The notes under the pieces were generated by a model, which was not told the DNA's origin, ran no database searches, and was given only the letters and a program-made list of their open reading frames with translations. From Macrostomum lignano (lineage: Eukaryota), in assembly GCA_002269645.1 (NCBI GenBank), contig NIVC01004008.1, positions 27,913-64,876 of the forward strand: a DNA stretch of 36,964 nt. The letters are read 5' to 3'. The position numbers were made by a program, and so were the translations under genes. This document shows positions 1 to 21,093 of the stretch, piece after piece (positions within the stretch are counted from its first letter, which is position 1; the number at the start of each line of letters is the position of its first letter).

Positions 1-2059
1 TGAAGAAAATGTCCGAAAAAATGGAGGTCCTGGTGTCGCAGATGCGCCAGAAGGTCGCGAAACTGCGCACCGAATCGGCCGAAAAGTGCGCCGTAGCCGA
101 TGCGCTTCAACGCGAGCTGGACGACCTCCTCGAAGAGCGGCCAAACGAGGCTCGACTGGACGGTCGAATCGGCGAACTGCGGCCGAAGCACGAGGCCGAG
201 AAGGCCGAAGTGGACCGTCTGGTGGCCAGGTTGGCCGAAATCGGCGAGCAGATCGAGATGATGAACAAGAAAATCCGGGACATCTATGACCAGACTGGCA
301 TGATCAAGCGGACTCAGATGAAGTTCACTGACGCAATCCGGATGCTTGAGTGAGGAGAGAAAGATGCAATTTTACCATTTTACCGGGTTAAGCACACATG
401 CCCATTGACAATCTTATAAAATCCCACAAACCTACAACGGTTGTCACCAAACCCCAGGGATCAGATGCAGCAGTTGACACACGAGTTGTCAAAGTCGACC
501 CGCAGCGACGATTCGTTGAAGGCGCAGCTGGCCGCAGTTCAGGCTCGAATGGCCTCCAGGGCGGACGAGCATCGGCGGCTGCAGGAGAACCGGCGGGAGA
601 CGCAGCGGCAGCTGGAGGTGAAAATAATTTGTCAATAATATTTATCTAACAGAATTCAACCTATACTACTGCTCTGCAACTCAAACAGTAGAACAGTACG
701 CATTTGAGTAACGTTATTTATACCCGGACACGCGTTTTAGAGCGAGTACAGGGCGGCTCTGGAGGAAAACCGTCGCCTTGCCGGGGACTATCGGGCCAGG
801 CAGAACGAGGTCTTCCGCATGAAAGAGGACCTGCTGGACCTGTTGAACGAGATCCTGAGACGGGAGGAGGCTGTGCGCGACCTCAAGCAGGGGAAGCGGC
901 TGCAAGAAAAGACCCATTTCGCCCTCAAGACCTACCTGCGCTACAAGCAGCAGCTCACTGAACTGCAGATGGACGACATGCAGAGTCGCGGCCGGTGAGG
1001 GGGACTCCCCGATGGGCCCAGTAATCTTCTTCTCACCGTGTTTTCTTATCATATCACCTCTCATCTTATCGCCTCTCATCCAGTTGTCTCTCCTCAGCCT
1101 GTTGTCTCTTCTCACCCTATTGTCTCTTCTCCCCCTGTTGTCTCTTCTCCCCCTGTTGTCTCTTCTCCCCCTGTTGTCTCTTCTCCCCCTGTTGTCTCTT
1201 CTCCCCCTGTTGTCTCTTCTCCCCCTGTTGTCTCTTCTCCACTTGTTGTCTCTCCTCAGCCTGTTGTCTCTTCTCACCCTATTGTCTCTTCTCCCCCTGT
1301 TGTCTCTTCTCCCCCTGTTGTCTCTTCTCCCCCTGTTGTCTCTTCTCCCCCTGTTGTCTCTTCTCCCCCTGTTGTCTCTTCTCCCCCTGTTGTCTCTTCT
1401 CCCCTTGTTGTCTCTCCTCAGCCTGTTGTCTCTTCTCACCCTATTGTCTCTTCTCCCCCTGTTGTCTCTTCTCCCCTTATTGTCTCTTCTCCCCTCTGCT
1501 ATCATCTCACCTCTTATCTTATCGCCTCTCACCCAGTTGTCTCTTCTCACCCTGTTGTATTTCCTCACCCTGTTGTCTCTTTCACCCTGTTGTCTCTTCT
1601 CACCTTGTTGTCTCTTCTCACCCTGTTGCCTCTTCTCCCCCTGTCATCTCTTCTCACCCTGTTGTCTCTTCTCACCCTGTTGTCTCTTCTCACCCTGTTG
1701 TCTCTTCTCCCCCTGTTGCCTCTTCTCCCCCTGTCATCTCTTCTCACCCTGTTGTCTCTTCTCCCCCTGTTTTCTCTTCTCACACTGTTTTCTCTTCTCC
1801 CCCAGTCGTCTCTTTTCACCATGCGCATCTTCCTCACATCCTCTCGGATTTGTTATTTCTTGCTTTCACCATATCACTCTCCTCTCCCTCTCCCCCTCAC
1901 CACAGGGAAAACCTGCACAAGACTCAGATCTTGGACTCCGAGATTCACCGCAACCTGGACGGCATCACTTCGTTCTTGACGTCCCAGATGGACGTTCTCA
2001 TGCGAGGCCAGAGGGTTCAACAGGATCTTCCCGAAGGCGCTGCTGCCACTGCTGAGTGA
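1..2059 (+). CDS. Coiled-coil protein, CCDC175/CCDC178-like, 5' end probably outside the window; exons <1..349, 458..617, 741..994, 1906..2059
   Basis: Heptad-rich E/K/R/Q/L exons joined by canonical GT..AG introns with consistent phases (GA|G, phase 0, CG|G). The spliced C-terminus reads ...KTHFALKTYLRYKQQLTELQMDDMQSRGRENLHKTQILDSEIHRNLDGITSFLTSQ...AAATAE*. The family call is from recalled resemblance to the CCDC175/178 C-terminus, not a search. Confidence 0.75.
1081..1810. repeat. 18-bp pyrimidine-rich minisatellite (CCTGTTGTCTCTTCTCCC) in intron 3 of the coiled-coil gene
   Basis: Directly visible. The variant TCCTCAG recurs at 1091, 1253 and 1415, giving a 162-bp (9-unit) period. Confidence 0.95.
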
Positions 2060-2830
2060 ACTGCCACTGCTGAATAAACTGCCACTGCTGAGTGAACTGC
2101 CACTGATGAGTGAACTGCCACTGCTGAGTGAACTGCCACTGCTGAATGAACTGCCACTGCTGAGTGAACTGCCACTGCTGAATGAACTGCCACTGCTGAG
2201 TGAACTGCCACTGCTGAGTGAACTGCCACTGCTGAGTGAACTGCCACTGCTGAGTGAACTGCCACTGCTGAATAAACTGCCACTGCTGAGTGAACTGCCA
2301 CTGCTGAGTGAACTGCCACTACTGAGTGAACTGCCACTGCTGAATGAACTGCCACTGCTGAGTGAACTGCCACTGCTGAATGAACTGCCACTGCTGAGTG
2401 AACTGCCACTGCTGAGTGAACTGCCACTGCTGAGTGAACTGCCACTGCTGAGTGAACTGCCACTGCTGAGTGAACTGCCACTGCTGAGTGAACTGCCACT
2501 GCTGAGTGAACTGCCACTGCTGAGTGAACTGCCACTGCTGAGTGAACTGCCACTGCTGAATGAACTGCCACTGCTGAGTGAACTGCCACTGCTGAGTGAA
2601 CTGTCACTGCTGAATGAACTGCCACTGCTGAATGAACTGCCACTGCTGAGTGAACTGCCACTGCTGAATGAACTGCCACTGCTGAGTGAACTGCCACTGC
2701 TGAATAAACTGCCACTGCTGAGTGAACTGCCACTGCTGAGTGAACTGCCACTGCTGAGTGAACTGCCACTGCTGAATAAACTGCCACTGCTGAGTGAACT
2801 GCCACTGCTGAGTGAACTGCCACTGCTGAG
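2043..2830. repeat. 18-bp minisatellite (CTGCCACTGCTGAGTGAA), about 44 copies
   Basis: Directly visible. The first unit contains the last codons and TGA stop of the coiled-coil gene. Confidence 0.97.
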
Positions 2831-3969
2831 ACAAATTGCGAGTACAAATCGTAAAACAAAAATCACCTTCTATATACCTTTTCTAGGGCCCACAACCCCC
2901 CCCCCAGCAGTAGACTGTGATTCGACCACCTATCTTCTAGCGAAGCATGTAAATTCTGAATAAACTTTTAATAATTTTATCCTGCTTATTTTTCATTGAC
3001 AAACATTTTTCGGCAAAAACCATTGCAGAGATTAACTGACTTTCTTTCATTTGGCACTGAAATAAGTAAATACCCTAGCCATAGCTTGGCCTCGGAGTGA
3101 CAGCTCGGGACCATAGGGCTGACTCTTATCAGAGCGAACCAAAGAGAGAAATTAGCCTAGATAAGTGCGGGACCGTTTGCGTCTCTCAAAACACCTGGCT
3201 TTGGGTGGATCTGTGAAGTTCAAGCCAAACAGAAATTGCCATTGCTTGACACCGTCTGTTCTACTGCAGGCTGACTCAAGACTTCATTGAGCTTTCAAAT
3301 CGTAGGGTATCATGCCCCTGCCTTCTCCATTCTCTCCCTTGCCCCTTCTCCTCCTTCCTTCTCCTTTCTACTCTCCCTCTCCTTTCTACTCTCCCTCTCT
3401 CCTGCCTCGCCTCTCTACTCTCCTTTTTTCTACTCCACCCATTCTATCTCCTGAAATTCAGAGGACGAAGCAAGTGCAACAACCAGTGTTCGCTCAGTGT
3501 CCCTGCCTGTCTAGGATAATGCATACTGTAAATCTTGTTGACGCCTGCGGTAAAGTTCATTGCCTGAATGTGCGTTAGTGCGCCCGTAGCAGGAGAGAAA
3601 CTCCACAGCATTGTACCTTCTGTGTAATAATTGACGGCCAGAATGCTCAGCTTCAATGAGGCTGGCTCTGAAAGTCTTCATCAGCTCTGGATTATGGAGC
3701 GCAGGGCCTATCGCTCAGGCCTCACTGAGGATCTGGGGTAGCTGATTGCTAACAGCTAGCATTGGGAAGGACGAAGAACGGGGCGCAGAGAAACTGGCAG
3801 GCCGCCAGGGGGTGGCTGGGAAGCTGAGAACAGACCAGAGAAGAGATGAAGGGCTGCTGAAGCCTTTCTATAGCTGCACTGCCTCCATTGTTGTCTGCAT
3901 GGCGCGCCTTTCTTAAGCGTCCGGAGGTGGGGTAGATACCTTGTCCTCATCTGTCCGTGTGTCTATGTG

Positions 3970-3983
3970 GTAACCATGACAAC
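3970..3983. promoter_or_regulatory. RFX X-box (GTAACCATGACAAC)
   Basis: Exact match to the X-box consensus GTHNYY-AT-RRNAAC, 366-546 bp upstream of the two candidate start codons (4349 and 4529) of the HAD-like gene. Confidence 0.55.
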
Positions 3984-4528
3984 CATTTTTAGTTTGAGAG
4001 GCCGTTCACCGCGGTTCCGCTCTTCCCGATCCCCCTCACTCTCTCTCTCCCCATGCACTAACCTACCTGCCCGCCCAGTATTGTCCAATACACCTTTGTG
4101 CGCAATGTCAGAGGGTGGGGAGGCTCAGAGCAGCAGGGAATGGTGGGGAGGGCGAGGCCCTTGTCAAGGTGAGGCCGTGAGCTCAGCCGGGGCAGAGGGA
4201 GCCAGTTGAGCTCTCACTGCGGCCCCCTCCCGCCCTCTGATATTCTCAGGAGTGAGCCGGACCGCCCACCTCGGCCCTGCACTGCTCTGGCACTGCGCTG
4301 CGATGCAGGAGAAGAGGGAGAAAGAGAGAGAGAGAGAGGAAAGTACTAATGAAGAAAGGCTGTCCAAGCCGAACAAAAACACTAGACGCTCCTCCGGCGT
4401 GTCCACAGAAAACTTTTGCCAGTCCGTTTCGGCCAGCGGGCAAAGGTGAGAAAGCAATTAGAAGTAGAAATAATTTGGCGAGCAGGCGGGTTCGCGGAAA
4501 CGGCGGAGAAATTCAACAGGGCACGGAA

Positions 4529-7250
4529 ATGGCGGTTTGCGTGGCCGGCGCCGGCTCGGCCAGCAGGCGCGGCAGTGTCGGCCGGTGCCACGAGTGCAGC
4601 AAGGACCTCGGCTCCAGCAGCAGCAGCAGCAGCAGCGAACCGGAGGCGGCGCCGGAGGCCGACGAAGAGCTGCAGAAAAACCGGAGACAGCCGTCGCCTC
4701 GACAGCTTTCTCGCCGTTCGTCGGTGCCGCAGGTGCTCCGGCCGGTGCCGCCAGACGGGCGGAAGCTGGTGCTGCACTTTGACGCCAGAAATACCATCTT
4801 TGTGGCGGACCTGTTCTCCAGAATCACCGTTGAGATGGCCTTGAACACCTACATATCCGGCGTTGTTTGGGGTCAGTGACCTGTTTGCTCTTGATCTGAT
4901 TGGATTTTTTTTCAGAATGTACGAGAGCTTGAGGAAGAGGACTTGATCGTGTAGATATGTCTTAGCTGCCTGGCTGTCTTTGTGTCAATTTTAGCATTTG
5001 TTTCAGCGTCTGTCTTAGTGCCTGTCCTAGCGCCAATGTCAGTGCCTGTCCTAGCGCCAATGTCAGTTCCTGTCCTAGCGCCAATGTCAGTGCCTGTCCT
5101 AGCGCCAATGTCAGTGCCTGTCCTAGCGCCAATGTCAGTGCCTGTCCTAGCGCCAATGTCAGTTCCTGTCCTAGCGCCAATGTCAGTTCCTGTCCTAGCG
5201 CCAATGTCAGTTCCTGTCCTAGCGCCAATGTCAGTGCTTGTCCTAGCGCCAATGTCAGTGCCTGTCCTAGCGCCAATGTCAGTTCCTGTCCTAGCGCCAA
5301 TGTCAGTGCTTGTCCTAGCGCCAATGTCAGTGCCTGTCCTAGCGCCAATGTCAGTTCCTGTCCTAGCGCCAATGTCAGTGCCTGTCCTAGCGCCAATGTC
5401 AGTGCCTGTCCTAGCGCCAATGTCAGTGCCTGTCCTAGCGCCAATGTAATTGCTTAGCGTTAATATTTGTGGATCCTCTATGGTATTTGTAGCATCCTCT
5501 ATGATTTTGGTCTTTGTCCTAGTCTAAGTGGAGCCGGTCTCAAGGCCTGTCTTATTGTCGATCTGTCCGTCGATCGCCCCCGAACTCAGCAGTCCCAAAA
5601 TCTCTCTCTGCCCTGTCCAGGCGAGGAGCAGCAGGACGGCGGCTGGCACTGCATCAGCGATGCGCCCTCGCTGTACCCGCCTCGGCCGGGCGTCACATCG
5701 CTCTACAAGCTGTTCGAGCGCGCCATCGTCCGCGTTCCGGAGGACCGCCAGCGGCTGCGCGAGACTCTCGGCAACTTTACGGAGCAGCCGCACGGCAGGC
5801 GATTCAGGCGCCTCTTCCAGGAGAAGCTGCGCCGCCTCCGCTGGCCCTACGAGGCGGCGAACGACAAGCTGACTGTGACGGGGCAAGACGGCAGCGCCTA
5901 CCACTACCTGTTGCCGTCCTTCCTCAACCTCGTGCAGGCTCTGGAAGCCTCCGGTCGCGAGTTCTGCATCGTTATTCGCACCTTCGGCAGGGACGCGCCG
6001 CACATCCTCAACGCGCTGGATATGCTGGCTAAAGGTCAACATCCGGGATATCCTCGCCGCCTGGACATGAAGGTCAACCTGGAGCCGGAGCGATTCCAAC
6101 GCCTGGCAGCTGATAAGTTTCGCTATTTGCGCAGCGACGGGGTCGAGCTCACCCAGGAGAGGCAGGTGTACGAGCACTGGAGCTCTTCCTGCGGTGCAAT
6201 GGCTGTAGTTGATGATTTCGCATTCTGGCAGGTTCGTTTTTGATGCTTGCGACCTGAAAATCATTGTTGCTCAAAATCCGTATATGTATCTACATTACCA
6301 AAGCTGTGCACTCCCATTATAAAAGAGTGAATATCGCAACCCAACCTAACTATGTCCTTATGTACTTATGTCCATAAAATTGCTTAAAACATTGCACTAA
6401 AGCACCAAGGACGACAAACGTATCCTTTTTTCTATCTACTATGGTAATATAGGGGTTCAGTCTACTAGGGGTCAGAGCGTCGGACTTACGATTGAAAGGT
6501 CGGGGATTCGATTCTCGACCTACTTGGAACAATTTGTGACATTCAGCAAGACACTTACTCTTCTGCATTGCTTCAGTTCACCCAGCTGTAAAATGGGTGC
6601 CAGTATTAGCTGGGGTTATTGAGGGTGTGCAGTGTGTGTCGACTCCCCAGTCCTTGGACTGAACAGCCGTACGCAGCCTTCCTATGCGTCACGCAATAGC
6701 TGTGGCTGAGCTGTCGGTTGCACATCTGTCCATTAGGGCAGGTGTAATCAATAATAATTATTATTATTATTACTATTATTATTCTATCGTTGAGTCTTCT
6801 TAAGTAGTTCTAGCTAAAACACATACTCATGCTCATAGCAAAATCCTCTGACTTGTACTCTTACTTATATAATGTTACTATTACTCATATTCATACTCAC
6901 TATTGAAATTGCTCCTTACTCGAAACGGGCAGGTTAACAACTATAGCAGCAGCGCCTCCAAGCTGCTCTGGTTCGATCCGCGCGACACCCGCATTCAACA
7001 TATCATCTTTGACGACAACATCCGCGTATTCGACGAGGATAGTATAGTACATTTTCGATCGTTCGAGACTGCGACGGACGAGGGGACGGACTGTCCGCCG
7101 GAGCGTCTGCAGAGCCTCGAGAATGCGTTGTTTGTTACAGCTGACCTGCTGGAGAGCAGCAGCGATGCGAACTACTTCATTGACAGGGTGTTGCAGTGCG
7201 AGGTCAACTACGATCGGCTATGCAGCGAGTTTCCGGCTGTCGACAGTTAG
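4529..7250 (+). CDS. Conserved uncharacterised HAD-like protein; exons 4529(or 4349)..4871, 5621..6231, 6933..7250
   Basis: Three exons join in phase (TGG G|GC; CAG|GTT). Motifs KLVLHFDARNTI, YHYLLPSF, IVIRTFG, GQHP and QHIIFDDNIR fit HAD-fold motifs I, II and IV. It resembles from memory the zebrafish si:dkey-32e6.3-type family. The start codon is ambiguous. Confidence 0.8.
5017..5447. repeat. 24-bp minisatellite (AGTGCCTGTCCTAGCGCCAATGTC), about 18 copies, in intron 1 of the HAD-like gene
   Basis: Directly visible near-perfect tandem array. Confidence 0.97.
6452..6786 (+). mobile_element. tRNA-derived SINE with CORE/Meta-type central domain, in intron 2 of the HAD-like gene
   Basis: Degenerate tRNA head with B-box-like GGATTCGATTCTC; central TTGTGAC..CAGCAAGACACTTA..CAGTTCACCCAGCTGTAAAATGGGTGCC resembling the CORE/Meta SINE domain; (AAT/ATT)n tail at about 6745-6786. 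Confidence 0.75.
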
Positions 7251-7477
7251 ACAGCAGCTGGACCCATAGGGGTAGGGGCTCTTACTTTGTAGTAAGGTTT
7301 TTTTTAACCTAAACTAGTCCAGTCGCCACTCGATACGTCAGCTGTTACATCGTCTAATCTCGATATTGTTTATAATTTTCTAATGCATTGAGGTGTGGCT
7401 AAATGTTCGTGTCAAGTCGTGTTAGTAGGGCTCGGATGTCAGTGCCTGATTAGGGATCCGTTGTGGTAGCAGCCCTC

Positions 7478-7840
7478 GGGGCTCGGATCTGATTGGCCAT
7501 AGACATTAGGCATCCGCTGTGGGGTTTGGAGGCAGCCAGCCGCGGCTCGAATCTGATTGGCCATAGACATTAGGCATCCGCTGTGGGGGCAGCCAGCGGG
7601 GCTCGGATTTGATTGGCCATAGACATTAGGCATCCGCTGTGGGGGGCAGCCAGCCGCGGCTCGGATCTGATTGGCCATAGACATTAGGCATCCGCTGTGG
7701 GGTGTGGGGCAGCCAGCGGGGCTCGGATCTGATTGGCCATAGACATTAGGCATCCGCTGTGGTGGCAGCCGACATTTGGCATCCGCTGTGGGGGGCAGCC
7801 AGCGGGACTTGGATCTGATTGGCCATAGACACTAGGCATT
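7478..7840. repeat. About 60-bp minisatellite (GGCTCGGATCTGATTGGCCATAGACATTAGGCATCCGCTGTGG...), about 6 copies
   Basis: Core recurs near 7479, 7541, 7599, 7656, 7719 and 7805. Confidence 0.9.
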
Positions 7841-8599
7841 AGGTAAGTCTCGAAAGTGCACTTGATCCAAAACTTTGACAAGACGCAATCCAGTCATTAT
7901 CGTACATCCAGTCATTCTCTCGCGTTGGCACAAAAAGCTTGAGTAACTTGCGTTGCATTCCATGGAGTTTATTCATACAGTTGGCCTGCTTGTGGAATAT
8001 ACTATATTTATGCAATTTAATGCACCTGCAATGCGGTTCATCTTTTGGAAAACATTTCATTCTATTTTAACTGTTCTGATGCATCTGCTGCAATACATTA
8101 CAATACCCATATTTTTTGTGTAAATGTTACAGTAGCACAACCCATATAAGTAACTCCATTGCTCCATTACGCGATTTTTCAAAGTTAAATAATCAAAAAT
8201 TCAATGACGGTGCAATCTCTCTCTGCTCCCTGTCTCTCTTTGCTGTTGTGTTTATTCCCGAGTTCATTTTGCACTCCACTTGTAACTTCTGAGCACACGG
8301 CTGCAACTTCTTCTTGCTTTGAGCACTTTTTTATTAGTTTTATGTAGTGGAGTTCGGCTAGCTGTCCTTAGATTCAAGCCTTCAAACGCTGCTGCTGTGA
8401 TAACTTCTTTGCGCTACGGAACTCTTACAGGTATGAAAAAGATTTTTATTCGATTCAAGACTATCCACAGATAAATAGAACCAATGATATTTAAGCTCCG
8501 TTGCATCACTTACAATTTGAGTACAAATTTGCTCAATCTTCTGCATTCCTTATTTGTCTGAGAGTGCGAGAGGGTAGAAAGAATTGTGGAAAAGTAGAC

Positions 8600-9369
8600 A
8601 GCAGGGAGAGTAGAGAGCAGGGAGAGTAGAGAGCAGGGAGAGTAGAGAGCAGGGAGAGTAGAGAGCAGGGAGAGTAGAGAGCAGGGAGAGTAGAGAGCAG
8701 GGAGAGTAGAGAGCAGGGAGAGTAGAGAGCAGGGAGAGTAGAGAGCAGGGAGAGTAGAGAGCAGGGAGAGTAGAGAGCAGGGAGAGTAGAGAGCAGGGAG
8801 AGTAGAGAGCAGGGAGAGTAGAGAGCAGGGAGAGTAGAGAGCAGGGAGAGGAGAGAGCAGGGAGAGTAGAGAGCAGGGAGAGTAGAGAGCAGGGAGAGTA
8901 GAGAGCAGGGAGAGTAGAGAGCAGGGAGAGTAGAGAGCAGGGAGAGTAGAGAGCAGGGAGAGTAGAGAGCAGGGAGAGTAGAGAGCAGGGAGAGTAGAGA
9001 GCAGGGAGAGTAGAGAGCAGGGAGAGTAGAGAGCAGGGAGAGTAGAGAGGAGGGAGAGGAGAGAGCAGGGAGAGGAGAGAGCAGGGAGAGGAGAGAGCAG
9101 GGAGAGGAGAGAGCAGGGAGAGGAGAGAGCAGGGAGAGTAGAGAGCAGGGAGAGTAGAGAGCAGGGAGAGTAGAGAGCAGGGAGAGTAGAGAGCAAGGAA
9201 GAGGAGAGAGCAGGGAGAGTAGAGAGCAGGGAGAGTAGAGAGCAGGGAGAGTAGAGAGCAGGGAGAGTAGAGAGCAGGGAGAGTAGAGAGCAGGGAGAGG
9301 AGAGAGCAGGGAGAGTAGAGAGCAGGGAGAGTAGAGAGCAAGGAAGAGTAGAGAGGGGGAGAGTAGAGA
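8600..9369. repeat. 16-bp purine-rich minisatellite (CAGGGAGAGTAGAGAG), about 48 copies
   Basis: Directly visible. Confidence 0.97.
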
Positions 9370-9752
9370 AGCTCAACTGAGCAGGCTGAAGTGAACGGCT
9401 CGCCATTAACAAGCAGCAGGCCGTGTACTTTAAGTTGCGGGCCCATTTCACTCGTATAAATAGGCGCAAATTTCCCAGAGCCTGGTCTCAGAGAAACTTG
9501 AAGCAATTATTGCCAGATCGCAGTGAAGCGGTAAAGTATTTCAAAAGCAAACAACTTCTCACACAGTATTATTTGTACTTGTGTAAAAAAGTTAAGCTTA
9601 TTCTCAAAGTTCGCTCACAGTAACGACAAGATTGCTTTTCTAGGGCAGTAATAATTAAACGCAAGCAGAAAATTTTTCAAAGCGCCGCTCTGTTAAACTA
9701 CTTAGAGTAGAAAGTGTTGTAACTTTCCGAACTAAAGGTAGGAGAATTTCAG

Positions 9753-19684
<9,932 letters not shown>

Positions 19685-20775
19685 TTTAAGTGATGGTTAG
19701 AGTTTGTATAAGTTATGAAGAACTCTGCTTATTTGAACTGATACTTCGAATTCCCAATCCGACCCTGCCTAAGGAGGTAAAGTAAATTCTGCGCCGCGAT
19801 AATAAAAATGTCTTAATTAAGCATTAAAACAAAATAAAAAAATATTCGCAATTTCTTGATTATATTGTTAAGTTTTCTGCTAAGACTCACATTTTTAATT
19901 AACTAGGTTTTTTTCCTCTGCTTTTTCGATAGAATTAGAATATCGTCGTAAATTAATGTGCGTTAGCCGCTGCGATTTACCGCCAGGCAAAAAAGTCCCA
20001 ACACATGGTGGGCTTATCACATAAACAGTTGATCCCTCTGAATGCTGTACACAAATCTTCGTGTGAAGTTCGAATAATTCCATAAAGTTCGACCGATTCG
20101 ATGATACTGATGCGATCGACGGGATCACAGACTAATATAAACTGAATTGCTGCGAGGATTATTCTATTTCGCTTGCGTAAATGCAATCAAAGATCGCTGG
20201 AGTATCGGTATAGTGGTTAATACTTTTCGCAGGAACCCAACAATACTCGAATGGTCCTTGAATGCAATCTGAGTGGGTGTTTTCCAATGCAATTCTAGAA
20301 TATTCCTAACCAGGGAGTTACATATGCAATATTCCTATTCCTATATGCAACAGTCCAACTAAAACTGCTGTACTTTGCTTTCGATTTACATGTACCACTG
20401 CATATACAATCGATTTGGCAAAAAATGGCAAATAATATATAATATTTTTTATGTAGTAGACAATATATCAATATCTGATTTTAGTTTAATTGATCGACGT
20501 TTGCCAAATTAAAATATATATCTATACATATCGCTGAAGTGAATTAAAAGAAATAAAAACAGTTTATAGCTAATCCTTGGAGCGAGTGAACTGTGCAACA
20601 GTGCAAGCCCATTACAATCACCAAAACTTGTCTTCCAAAGCGTTGCACGAGTGTGCCACAGCTGGCGTGCCTGGAGTTAGGTCGTACGGTTCCCCCATTG
20701 TGCTCATTGATTTTTCATGAAGCCCGGTATGGCGGAGTAGCTTAACTATATCCTTACAGATCTCTGCTCAATGGA

Positions 20776-20848
20776 GCCTCCATAGCTCAGTGGCTAGAGC
20801 ACTGGTCTTGTAAACCAGGGGTCGGGAGTTCGATCCTCCCTGGGGGCA
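20776..20848 (+). tRNA. tRNA-Thr(TGT)
   Basis: Full 73-nt cloverleaf GCCTCCA...TGGGGGC-A with anticodon arm CTGGT-CTTGTAA-ACCAG and T-loop TTCGATC; oligo-T terminators follow downstream. Confidence 0.97.
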
Positions 20849-21093
20849 GCCGCTTTTACCCTTTTTTACTTTGTTTTAATTAAATTCCTACCATGCACTC
20901 GACGTAATGAAGAAATTCAAGGATATTGAATGAACTGTAGGTACCTGCACTGCAATAACTTATTGACAAACTCTATCGGCCGAAGGCAATTTGGAGTAGC
21001 ATTTTATAATTCAAATGAAAATTAATTTCAGTTTTAAAGTACACAAAATTATAATTAAAAAAAGAAAAATCATTTAAATTTATTTAAAAAATC

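Noticed and set aside
996-998. TGA at 996-998 as the stop codon of the coiled-coil gene
   Set aside because: It overlaps a strong donor (CG|GTGAG), and an in-phase downstream exon at 1906..2059 continues the family-like C-terminus. It could still serve as an alternative end if the intron is retained.
714-2963. Long ORFs such as RRDN-repeat, SSGSSL, LLSELP and AVAVHS
   Set aside because: These are translations of the 18-bp minisatellites, open only because the unit length is a multiple of 3. They lie in an intron or 3' UTR of a gene whose real exons are identified.
3105-3130. Short similarity (CAGCT..GACCATAGGG..CTCTTA) with 7255-7285, both after gene 3' ends
   Set aside because: Too short and gapped to distinguish from chance or from a tiny repeat remnant.
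20200-20260. tRNA-like 5' half (GGTATAGTGGTTAATACT) near the tRNA pair
   Set aside because: No complete cloverleaf or convincing B-box; at most a decayed fragment.
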